A stretch of DNA of 63,984 bases, counting the filler, from Octopus bimaculoides (lineage: Eukaryota), in NCBI RefSeq assembly GCF_001194135.2. It is 8 parts of 7 records of this genome, joined end to end, with 100 filler letters (N's around TTAATTAATTAA, not from the genome) between each part and the next. Parts side by side here need not be neighbours in the genome. Positions count along the whole stretch, not along the records: positions 38,694 to 52,404 come from NC_068984.1; 7 more parts are not named here. One strand, written 5' to 3'. The position numbers and the translations under genes are program-made. Under the pieces are notes generated by a model. It ran no database searches. It was given only the letters and a program-made list of their open reading frames with translations, and was not told where the DNA came from. This document shows, one piece after another, positions 38,730-49,260 of this stretch (position 1 is its first letter; each line of letters starts with the position of its first letter).

Positions 38730-39941
38730 TTGAGAAAAATAAAATTAAAATGCTGTAAGACTTGCACTTGTCAAACTACAGGAACAGTGCAGTGTAACAG
38801 CGGTAAATGTGGCTGTTATTACAAACATTCACAATATCAAGAGGGTCAAAATTTCGCTGATGCTTGCAACACTTGCCGCTGTATAAACGGTCAAGTAGAT
38901 TGTACAACAAGAATCTGTCAATGTACATATCAAGGACGAACTTATAATATTGGCCAAAGATTTGGTGAATGTGACGAATGCCAATGTTTGTCTAGTGGCA
39001 CAGTCCACTGTTCTAACAAGCCATGCAAATGCATCTATAACGGAAATACCTATCGAATTGGTGAAAGATTTGCAAACGGCTGCAATACATGCACATGTAA
39101 AATCGATGGTAGTGTAGACTGCACTACAAATCCATGTACCTGTACTTACAATCATAGGGTTTATAATATTGGGCAGAAATTCGACGATGACTGCAATACT
39201 TGTACATGTAAACATAACGGTCAAGTTGAGTGCACATATAAAACGTGTCGATGTACACACAAAGGACAAACTTATAAAATTGGTCAGAGATTTCATGAAG
39301 ATTGTAACCAATGCCAATGTTTATCAACTGGATATGTTCAATGTACAACCAAAGTTTGCAAATGTACTTACAACAACCAGATTTACAATGTAGGTCAAAC
39401 ATTTAGACAGGGTTGTAATAGATGTACGTGCGAAGTGAACGGGAGAGTAAGCTGTACTAATAACCCATGTCAATGCTTTTACAATGGAAATACCTACCGA
39501 ATCGGAGATTCATTTAGAAAAGGCTGCAATACATGCACTTGTAAAATCGATGGTAGAGTAGAGTGCACAACAAATCTATGCACCTGCAATTACAACGGCA
39601 AGCATTACGACATTGGTTCTATATGGTTTAATGACTGAAACAAATGTCAGTGCACTTCTGGAGGAAGAGCGGTTTGTGAACAGAAACCATGCACGAAACC
39701 CTGTATACACAAAGGAAATACATATTCCGCTGGCCAAACATTTAAAGATGACTGCAACACCTGTAGATGCGGACAGTTTGGTCGAGTATCCTGTACTAAA
39801 CTGTACTGTCCCCCAACCACGTGCCAATATTACGGAAAAACTTACAAACAGGGACAAACATTTATGACTCAAGATAGATGCAATGTTTGTCGATGTTCAA
39901 ATGGAAATGTCAAGTGTACCAAATACGATTGTTATAAAGAG
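38730..39941 (+). CDS. Large exon of a cysteine-rich repeat protein: 10 complete + 1 partial six-Cys modules (half-VWC / pacifastin-like), with an in-frame TGA at 39636-39638
   Basis: Module consensus C-x-Y-x-G-x2-Y-x2-G-x2-F-x3-C-N-x-C-x-C-x3-4-G-x-V-x-C-T-x3-C, ~37 aa. The frame continues after the TGA (NKCQCTSGGRAVCEQKPC TKPCIHKGNTYSAGQTFKDDCNTCRCGQFGRVSCTKLYC PPTTCQYYGKTYKQGQTFMTQDRCNVCRCSNGNVKCTKYDC YKE) to a phase-0 donor GAG|GTGAGT at 39941/39942. The 5' end abuts an N-gap, so the true exon start and any signal-peptide exon are not visible. Confidence 0.85.
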
Positions 39942-40613
39942 GTGAGTAAAGTTTTCTATTAGTTTTGATCTCCCTAATATAACGTGTCTCATCCTTATAT
40001 AGTTAGTCATTGTAAACAGAGAAAATAACAAAGAATTGAATAATGTTTAGCATAAACATTGGAATGCACTCACTGTACTACACTATGTTACGTTATACTA
40101 CCAACAAAATGATACCAGTCATTTGGTTTCCATATTTATTTGGAGTAGCTCATTTTATTGACGCTAGCATTATCTTGAAGAATACTAATGTTCTTTTGAT
40201 TGTAAACATGAAATGTTGTATATATGCATTTATTTAATAATTCATATGAAAATTATTAACTTTCAATGTTTTGTCTAAATTTATTGCTACTTTTATGAAA
40301 TCGGTAGCATATCTTTCGCATTACATCATCATTTTAAGAACCGTTATGATACAGAATTGTAAATTTTACAATATATTGTCTCACGTTTCAGTATATAGTT
40401 CGTGAGCGAGAGAGTTTTTTTTTTTTATTATTGCACCCGGTGAAATATGTATACTTTGTTGTGACATAATGTGATATATATTTAATCTTTACACTTCTTG
40501 AAATAGAAATTTAACTTTATACTTAAGTCTATGTTATAATTTTAATCTTTATACAAAATATTTATGTCCAATCTTATAAATATATTAATTTCTTGTAACT
40601 TTATTCTTTTCAG

Positions 40614-40628
40614 AGTCGACATTACTGA
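40614..40628 (+). CDS. Putative last coding exon of the six-Cys repeat gene (SRHY-stop)
   Basis: Polypyrimidine tract and acceptor CTTTATTCTTTTCAG ending at 40613; in phase 0 it reads AGT CGA CAT TAC TGA. Confidence 0.65.
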   Translation, partial: SRHY

Positions 40629-40695
40629 TGAACAACAGTTAACTTATTTTTGATTAATTTTAATAATTGTAAATATTACAAACATAATATTTTTA

Positions 40696-40730
40696 AATAA
40701 AACCTATATTTACTGCACATTTTTGTTTGA
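40696..40730 (+). terminator. Polyadenylation signal with a downstream U/GU-rich element
   Basis: AATAAA at 40696-40701, followed by CACATTTTTGTTTG at about 40717-40730, roughly 70 nt after the stop. Confidence 0.55.
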
Positions 40731-41399
40731 TTTATAATTGTAAAAGTTATAAAAACGATTTTAGATAACTAAGTTATCTATTTGAATAGCCATGATGAAA
40801 AGCATTGCGATACTTCAATACTTGAATAATTTGTAGTGAAAGACCTAAATAGTAATTCATTTTAATTTTGGTACAAAGCCAGCAATGTTGAGAGAGGTGC
40901 AAATTGATTACATCGACACTAGTATGTGACTGATACTTTATTTGATCGAGTCGGAAAGGACGAATGACAAAGTTGGTTAAATTATTTCAGGATTGTTAAA
41001 AGAATTTTATTTTCGATAGTTAGAAAATTTCAAGTCGGGTGCTAGCGAATAAGAAAGGACATGTTTCATCAATAAATTAAAACAAAAGTAACCTCAACAA
41101 CTGCAAAAATAATTTCATGAAAAAGACAGGACTAAAGAGAATGAGAAATATCAATTTAGCTGGAAATGCATTATTCCAGATTAACTTGGAAATGATAAAC
41201 ATTGTGAATAAAAGATGGAACATAAGTCGTGTTTTCAATAATCCAGCTACACACACAAACACACGCACACACAGACACGCGCGCGCGCACATACACACAC
41301 ACATACACACACACAAACACATATATTCACACGCACACACTAACATACAGGGAAACACATCGGCATATTTATATATTGGTATGAATTTGTCGTCGTAAC

Positions 41400-41530
41400 A
41401 ACAGCAGTAGCAATGGCAGCAGCAACGGCAGCAGCAACGGCAGCAGCAACGGCAGCAGCAACCGCAGCAGCAATAGAAACAGCTGCAGCAGCATCAGCAT
41501 CAGCATCACTAGCAGTATTAGTAGTAGTAG
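41400..41530. repeat. (GCA)-derived 12-bp repeat GCAGCAGCAACG with flanking (GCA/GTA)n
   Basis: Directly visible. Confidence 0.9.
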
Positions 41531-41877
41531 TTATTTTATATGCCTAATGCAAAAATGAGAGTAATACAAAGTGAATAGAATGAATATAGGGTTCAGTTTG
41601 CGGAATTTAACATGATTTATTCCGAGTTACGTGAAGGGATGATCTTCGCATATATACATACATACATGCATGCATACACACATACATACATACATGCAGA
41701 CAGACAGACAAACAGACAGACAGACATGCATACATACAGATTACATATTTACGGGATGGCTGTTCACTCATGTCTCAGGATTGTCATTGACTATTGAATG
41801 CATCTTACACACGATCACGATTACTATTTTTGCCTGTTAAGCTTCTACACGTGTTTCGACGGACCAGAAAAACAAAT

Positions 41878-42387
41878 CTGTTTATAAGTACATCAGAATG
41901 TAGAAGCATATTCCGATATACTGCACTGTGTGTAGTCAAACCAACACTGGACTGGCAAATACGCAATCTATAATTATGAGCATAAAACAATCTATTGTCC
42001 GACTTCGTTGATGACTGTTTAGCTCATCTTTGGAACGACGTATATACCCACAAATAAACTTTGTTGAGGCAAGACACTTGACTAGTGGACCTCTGAGGGA
42101 AGCATGTGTTTCGGCAGACCACACAAACAAGGGCTGTTTATAAGTACATCAGTATGCAGAAGCATATTCCGATATACCGTACTGTTTAGTTAAACCACCA
42201 CTGGACTGTCAAACATTTCCACATCTTATTGCAAGTTTCGCAATCTATAATTATGAGCATAAAGTAATAAACTTTTGTCCGACTTCGTTGATGACTGATG
42301 AGCCCAGCATTGGAAAGTCGTATACGGCCACAAATAAACTTTGTTGAGGCAAGACATCATCAGACTAGTGGACTCCTGAGGGAAGCA
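41878..42387. repeat. Diverged ~256-bp tandem duplication (2 units)
   Basis: CTGTTTATAAGTACATCAG at 41878 and 42134; CGCAATCTATAATTATGAGCATAAA, TGTCCGACTTCGTTGATGACTG, CACAAATAAACTTTGTTGAGGCAAGACA and GAGGGAAGCA each occur twice, colinearly. Confidence 0.9.
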
Positions 42388-42693
42388 GTTGCTTTCTGAA
42401 GTCTTATGATATTTCATCATCTAAGGAGTAAGAATATTCATCATCTAAGGAGCAAGAAATGCTACCCAAGTAAACAAATTTGTCTACTATTTTCAGATCT
42501 GTTACTTCAGCTTACGTTTCCTGGGATAGTTTGGAGCATAAGGAGTCTCATACCCGGGCTAATGGCAAATTTCTATACCTTACAAGAAGCAAAAAATGAT
42601 TCACGAAAATTTGTGTGTCGTAAACAGAAAGTGCAGTAGATTTTCAGTCATTTATGTAATATCGCACGTTCGGATTTCTTTATTGCTCAACTG

Positions 42694-44055
42694 ATTTCTT
42701 TATTGCGGCATATAGCCTTAAAAAAGAGGGGACATTACAAGGACAGGCAACACAAAACGTGGGGTACAAAAAACGAATGATGAAATACGAAATGAAATAT
42801 TTAACAATGAAAGGATGTAATGACATACGAGCCCCTCAAAGCTCGCAGTTCCGTTTTACTGTTCTAATTATACATATTAATTATCAGTCTCTTTCGTCTG
42901 TTGTGTATTCCATGAGGTTCTCTAATTCCATCACATTGGGTAAACTGTCATATTGTATATATATCCCGGTAGGTCTGATTCTAGTTTCAAACAACTCCAT
43001 CAGTCTTTCCTTTCTCTCTTCCTCCAATAATACCGCTCTTTCATCAGGTTCGAACATCTCATAATTCAGTCCTCTCCCCCCCTTACTTTCTCCTTCCACT
43101 CATCCAACTTCTCTCTCGCTCTTTGCTCTTCGGTTTTTTCCTTCCTGCTTGTTGTTAGCTCTGTTTCTTGCGTTCGAATCTCCATACTCTCTTTTTCCAT
43201 TGTGACTTGTCTCTTTGACTCCGATTTTCTTTTCTTGGGACTCTGGCGCAGACTCCACTCTCGTTGTAACATATTGGTGGTTTCCCCTCCACCACGACTC
43301 TCAGTCGGATCTTATCGGGGAGCATCAACTCCTCCGCCATCTTATGTAGATCTGGCAGGGTTATGTGTATCAAAGCTTCGAGACCATAACCCGATCAGTT
43401 GATCTCCTTTGACTTCTCCACCTTTATTATATCTACCTCCTCCTCGCAGTTGTAGATGATGGCTGCCACCAGCCATGCTTCGTCAATCTCTGGGGGCACT
43501 CTCCCTATCCTAACTCTTACAGTAGGCCGGTAAGAGTGATCACTTTGTTGATCTCAAAGGCCTCGTAGCGTGCCTTTTTGCCTGCTTCTCGTTAACGAAG
43601 CGCACCTACACCGTGTCGTACTTCCTTCCTCTCGAGCAAAATGTTGTTACTTCTTTAATCTCTTATAAACATTCCTCAATTTCTTCGATTTCCGCTACTT
43701 CAATCTTTTTCGTTTCTATGTTAAATGTTCGGTAAACTATTCTTTTTTTCTCCGCTCTTTGTAACATGTCGGCTGGTGGTGTTAAGCGGAAGCAATCTCC
43801 CTCCTTCACAATTAGTCCATTGTATTCCATAAAATCTCTTCCTTCTGTCTCAACTTCCCTTAGCTGCAACATGTTGGGTGCCGGGCTTTTGGCCGCCACC
43901 GCAGCATAGCTGCCAGATTCCAGGCCCAACAATGGGTAGAAGAAACAAATTCAACAACAGTTCAATCAATAAATCCAACGAAACTATCAACAATTTCAAT
44001 AACAGCTTCAAAAATCAATTTTCACAACTCACCGCTCGTTGACCTCTACTCAACT
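42694..44055 (-). mobile_element. ORF1-only non-LTR element, unit A (disrupted ORF1, zinc knuckle deleted)
   Basis: T-rich 5'UTR. ORF pieces LLGLESGSYAAVAA...VKEGDCFRLTPP...EECL*EIKEVTTFCSRGRKYDTV, ALIHITLPD...RLRVVVEGKPPICY and EMFEPDERAVL...ELENLMEY*. The 3'UTR ends GCAATAAAGAAAT. No RT or APE sequence. Confidence 0.8.
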
Positions 44056-44060
44056 ACTAA

Positions 44061-45296
44061 CTTTATTTGGGCATAAAGCCCCAACATAGAAGAACATTAC
44101 AAGGACAGACAACACAAAACGTGAGGTACATATAATGAATGGTGAGTATGAATTGAATTATTTACAATGAAAGGAAGGAGATTGCCTACGGGTAACACCG
44201 CCAAAAGAAGCCACGCAACATGCGGAAAGGAAAATAATAGTGTATAGAACACTAAATGTTGAAACCAAGAAGATAGAGGTAGCGGCAACAGAAGAAATAG
44301 AAGAATATCTGACCCAAGTGAAGGAAATGACGACCTTCTACGCAAGAGGGAGAAAATACTGGGATCTTTTTTAAAACGGGGGCCACATCTTTCATTAATG
44401 TTTTACGTAGTTTTTGGTACCGAAAGACTTTCAAACTTCGTATACTTATCTATTTTGTGTTATAGAACAGAAAAATATTTTTGTATTCGAATTTATTTCA
44501 TGTAAAAAATTGTCTTATTTCGATAATTTCAACCAATCACTGACAAGTATTCAGTTGTTTACATTTACTCCTTTGGCTGATTAAGCGGTGTAAAGCGTAT
44601 TTAATTTCCATAGCTTCGTTTTGCTTTTTTCTTTTTAAATTTGCTGTTTTATCCTAACCCTAACCCTATCACCGATAGAATTGTTTCAGAATCGTTTGTT
44701 TATGTAGTCGGCACTTAATGTATATCGGCTGAATGGACGTCACTGATTGGTTGAAATTACAGAAATACGACAACTTTAACATAGAATAACTTAGGGATTT
44801 CTTTTTTTTTTAAGAAGACTAAGAGAAAAAGATGTTTTATATGACACATTCTACCAGTGTTCCAAGTTTCAAAGTGTTTCGTTAATGAAAAATGTGGCCC
44901 CCGTTTTAAAAAAGATCCAAATACTGGCTTCAACATTCAGCACTCCACACACCACTACTATCCCTTCCGCCCGCTGCGTGGCCTCCCTCGGCGGTGCCAC
45001 CCGAAGGCAATCTCCCTCCTTTACAATCACCCCCCCCTATGCTTCTTCACCTTGCTCATATGAATATCAACATCAGTCACTTGCATAGCGTCGGCAGACA
45101 GCCCCCACCGCCTACTGCCGCAGCGCAGCTGGCCGCTTTCACACCCAACACAGGGTAGTACAATAATTTTTTAAAAAACGTTCAGCAATAAATAATAACA
45201 ATATTCTTCAACAGTCTCCAACAATACTCAAACAATCGAACCCACCGCAATCAACGCCGAAAACACAAACGCAACTCTGAAGAACTCTGGTCAACT
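44061..45296 (-). mobile_element. ORF1-only element, unit B: 5' end and 3'UTR on - strand with an inverted internal ORF1 piece, interrupted by a MITE
   Basis: 3'UTR at 44061-44170 (-). Segment 44171-44360 reads on + KEGDCLRVTPPKEATQHAERKIIVYRTLNVETKKIEVAATEEIEEYLTQVKEMTTFYARGRKY. Segment 44927-45296 (-) encodes LGVKAASCAAAV...VKEGDCLRVAPPREATQRAE..LNVEA. Confidence 0.8.
44362..44918. mobile_element. 557-bp MITE with 37-bp TIRs and 8-bp TSD (Merlin-like; superfamily tentative)
   Basis: TIR GGATCTTTTTTAAAACGGGGGCCACAT(C/T)TTTCATTAA with one mismatch. TSD AAATACTG at 44354-44361 and 44919-44926. Internal inverted repeat TAATTTCAACCAATCA(C/G)TGAC at ~44524 and ~44738; central CCTAACCCTAACCCT. 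Confidence 0.92.
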
Positions 45297-45300
45297 ACTA

Positions 45301-47039
45301 TTTCTTTATTTGGCACTACGGCCACAACACAGAGGAGACACTACAAGGATAGGCACAACACTACAAGTACAGACACAATGGGGACAAAAAACATAAAACG
45401 AATGCAGTACAATTTGAACGTTTATATACACTATTTACAATCGTTCAATTTTTGCATTGTTTTTTTTCTTTATCATCTTTTTTTTCCTCTCTCTTTTTTT
45501 CCATGAAACACTTTTACTTTTTTTTCTCTTTTTTCTTGTTCCCTTTTTTACCTTTGTTTTTCCTTTTTTTTCTTTCAACAAAACAATTTTACTTACTGTT
45601 TTTTTTCTTTTTAATACCTCATGAAAGGCTCCAAGTCTTTTAGCTTAACTACTGGTGGTAGGTGTTCGAAATCCGCCAACACTCCGGGCGGGTCAATCCC
45701 GTCTCCGCACATGTCTTTCAGTCTCTTGTATGTGTCTTTATCGACCACAATGGCCTACCCGTGGGTAACCTCACTCTTATCATATGCTTGAATTTTAAAA
45801 TTTTCTTTCCGTCTCTTTGCTTTTTGCATATGTTACGAAATTCCATTTATTTTTTTCTCCAGGTTTTCTCTTTTCTTCTTCCACTTCTTGTACCTTTTCC
45901 TTTTCAACTGTGAACAATCTCTCCGTTTCACCCTCGTATAGTTGCACTCCTGAATCTTTTTCTTTCACTGGGACAACCGGCATCTTTAACACTATTTCCT
46001 CTTTCTGTAACTCCTCGCACACTTTTCCAATTACTTTTTCGCTTTCTTTCTCCACCACCCTTTTGTCTGCCTGCCTTCTGGTCGCAGCTTTCATGTCCAC
46101 CTCTTCTTTCTTCTTTTTCTGGTTCTCTGGCGGTGAGCTCGCTTTTCCACTTCTCCTTCTTTTTCNNNNNNNNNNCTTGTACTACCTGGTTCGCACTCTC
46201 CCGTTTCTCCCCACATGCAAAACATATAGGTGGCCTGCCCTCCACTATCACTCTCAATCTCAAGTCGTCGGGCAGCACTATCTCCTCAACAATTCGATTT
46301 AAGTCTTCTATTGTTGCTTGGATAGTGAGCTCAATTCCGTATCCCCAGTAATTAATTCTTTGTGTCCTTGTGGCCTTCAGTATCTTGGCCTCATCCTTCA
46401 TGTTGAACATTATGGCTGTCATCAGCCACGTCTCTTTTAGTTCTGGGGGTACTTTGCCTACTCGCACTCTGGCCAGACGTTTGCCACAGTACGAAGGCAA
46501 AAGCACCCACTCCTCTGATCTTATTGCCTCCGTCGAGTGTTTAATTGCTTCTTCCTCTGTCGCAAAGCGCACCTCCACGGTGGCATACTTCCTTCCTCTT
46601 GTTATAAAGATTTTTTTATGCTTTATAAACATTCTTCAATTTCCTCCACTGTCGCAATCTCTATATTTCTCGTTGTAATTTTCATTGTCTTGAATACAAC
46701 TGTTTTTTTTGTTACATTGCCTGTCAGTTCTGCAGGTGGCGTTAACTTTAACGTATCTCCAACTCTGTCCAGCAACCTCTCACATTCCTTCATTTTCTTT
46801 GGTTCTACCTTAATTTCAATTATTTCCAACGTTTCCTCTTCTATTCCTTTTCCAGTTGCGGCCGCATAACTGTGGCCACCCACTGGCATGTTCTCCATTT
46901 TTCTCCCAATGGGAAGAGAAGAAATAAAACAACAATTCCAACAGTAATAATTAACAAACAAATATTTAACGCTCTGACTTACGATAAAAACACTCCGTTA
47001 TCAATAACTCAAAAGACCTCTGCACAATTCTGCTCAACT
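45301..47039 (-). mobile_element. ORF1-only element, unit C (distinct subfamily, ATG start, knuckle half-deleted)
   Basis: MENMPVGGHSYAAATG...LKLTPPAE...EIEECL, then RGRKYATVEVRFATEEEAIKHS...RVRVGKVPPE..ETWLMTAIMFN...VLPDDLRLRVIVEGRPPICFACGEK|RESANQ. The 3' end reads GTGCCAAATAAAGAAA. Confidence 0.8.
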
Positions 47040-47040
47040 A

Positions 47041-47867
47041 TTTATCTTTATTATAGGCATATAGCCTGAACAAAGAATGGACACTACAAGGACAGACAAC
47101 ACAAAACGTGGGGTACATATAACGAATGATGAAAAATGAAATATTTATAATGGAAAAATGGAATGGCTTACGAGTCCCCCAAAACTCGCAGCTTCATTTT
47201 ACAGTTCTATTTATACTGATTGTTTTTAGTCATCATTTTCATTTGTTATATGCCCGGTTACGTCCTCTAACCCAATTACGTTCGGCAGATTTTCGTACTG
47301 AACATATATTTGAGCATTTATAATTTTATCAGGGAATAACTCTATCAACTTCTCCAGTCTATCCTTCTCCACCAGCACTGCTCTTTGATTGCCTCAAACA
47401 TCTCTGTGTTCAACTTTACTCTTATCAAAGCCTTGATCTTCACTATCTTTTTCTCTATTTCCATTTCTTTTTTGTAAAACATGAACGTTCTCAATTTACT
47501 CCCCTTCGGTCTTCCTGTTTTCACCACATGTTCTAATTGCTTCTCCAATCTTCCTTCCGACTTCATAATTTTCTGCATTCTTACTACATTTTCTATGTTG
47601 ATCTATGCTTTCTCGGGTTCTGAAGTTCTCTTCTCTGTATCTTTCTTTATTCTCAGCTGCATTCTTTTTCCCTTTCTTTTTCTTGGGGCTTTTTGGCGGT
47701 GAATCGACTCGTGCTCTCTTTCTCTCTGCCGCTGTTTCCTCCACCTTTTTTTCTATTTCCACCACTGCTTCTTCACTGACCACTGTTTCCTCCGTTAACC
47801 CCACCAGTTAATCTCTCGTGACTTTTCGACCTTTAGAACTTCCACTGCATCTTTAAAATGTAAAAAA
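47041..47867 (-). mobile_element. ORF1-only element, unit D (3' half; linker and knuckle deleted)
   Basis: KDAVEVLKVEKSREINWWG joined directly to LTEETVVSEEAVVE...RVDSPPKSPKKKK...IRVKLNTEMFE; 3'UTR homologous to A, B and F. Confidence 0.75.
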
Positions 47868-48322
47868 TGAACAATCTCTCCATTTCACCCTCGTATAGTT
47901 GCACTCCTGAATCTTTTTCCTTCACTGGGACAACCGGCGTCTTTAACACTGTTTCCTATTTCTGTATCTCCCTCTCGCACACTTTTCCCATTACTTTTTC
48001 ACTTTCTTTCTCCACTACCCTTTTGTCTGCCTTCCTTCTGGTCACAGCTTTCATTTCCACCTCTTCTTTCTTCTTTTTCTGGTTCTCTGGCGGTGGGCTC
48101 GCTTTTCCACTTCTTTTTCTTTCCACTACCGTGAATCCCTCCTCCACTGTTTCTTCTTCCATCTCCACTTGTACTACCTGGTTCGCACTCTCCCGTTTCT
48201 CCGTCTGTGATCTCTGTGGGCATCTCGTCTTCATGTGGCCTTTCTCCCCACATGCAAAACATATAGGTGGCCTGCTCTCCACTATCACTCTCAATCTCAA
48301 GTCGTCGGGCAGCACTATCTCC
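47868..48322 (-). mobile_element. C-subfamily ORF1 fragment (C') with an intact CCHC knuckle
   Basis: Near-identical to 45911-46285 but retains CFACGEKGHMKTRC (C-x2-C-x4-H-x4-C, 48220-48261). Confidence 0.85.
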
Positions 48323-49260
48323 TTCTTCTACCGCTTCTTCTTCACTCGCTACTACTTCCTCCATCTGTACTTCTCTTAGGGGACAATTTGCCTGCGTGTG
48401 TCCCCTACTTCTACATTTATAACATACAGGTGGTCTCCCCTCCACCACGACTCTCAGTCGGGTCTCATCGGGGAGTACCAACTCCTCCGCTATGTTGTGT
48501 TGATCTGGTAGCGTCACATGGATTAGACCTTCTAATCCCAAATCCCACCAGTTGATATCTCTCGACTTCTCAACTTTTATGACTTACACTTCGTCCTTAC
48601 AATTGAAAATGATGACTGCCACCAGCCATTCTTCGTTCATCTCCGGGGGCCCTCTGCCTATTCTTATTCTTGCGGCACGTCTCCCGCAGTAGATTGGCAA
48701 GAGTGCCCACCTTGTTGTTCTCAAGGCCATATTGGAGTGCTTTTTCGCTTCTTCTTCGCTCCTAAATTGCACCTCCACTGTGTCGTATTTCCTCCCTATT
48801 GTGTAGAAGGTTGTCTTGTCCTTCACTTGTGTCAGACATTCTTCTATGTCTTCCGTTGCCGCTACAGCAATTTTTTTGCTTTCAACGTTTAGTGTCCTGT
48901 ACATTATAATTTTCTTCTCTGCTCGTTGCGTGGCTTCTTTCGGAGCTGTCACCCTAAGGCAATCTCCCTCCTTCACAAATAATTTCTGATGTTTTATTAC
49001 TTTGTTTATGTCAATTTAAACTTTAGTCATCTGCATTGGGTCGGCAGACAGGCTTTTTGCCTACTGCCGCAGCGTAGCTGGCTGTTTCTTTACCCAACAA
49101 TGGGAACTATAACAATTTTCAAAATATTCAAAAAAGTCCAACAATAATAATTAATAATTTACTTTAACAATTTTCACCAACAAAAAATTCAACTCACCAC
49201 ACGCAACGCTCTCTTCCAACTAAAATCACAAACGCAAACTCTGAATAAGGATGGCCGACT
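48323..49260 (-). mobile_element. ORF1-only element, unit E (5' half with intact CCHC knuckle)
   Basis: LLGKETASYAAAVG...KEGDCLRVTAPKE...GRKYDTVEVQFRSEEEAKK...RIRIGRGPPEMNEEWLVAVIIFNC...RLRVVVEGRPPVCYKCRSRGHTQANC (knuckle at 48383-48424). Confidence 0.85.

Noticed and set aside
38829-39317. 162-aa antisense ORF over the Cys-repeat exon
   Set aside because: A shadow of the repetitive sense codons, with no recognisable motif.
40626-40660. SECIS-like ATGA...AA...GA just after the stop of the Cys-repeat gene
   Set aside because: Only 9 nt between ATGA and AA, and the helix pairs poorly; it does not fit SECIS geometry.
40795-40827. Second SECIS-like hairpin ATGAAAAGCATTG...CAATACTTGA
   Set aside because: The helix is ~8 bp with a bulge and mismatch, has no apical AA, and lies downstream of the likely polyA site.
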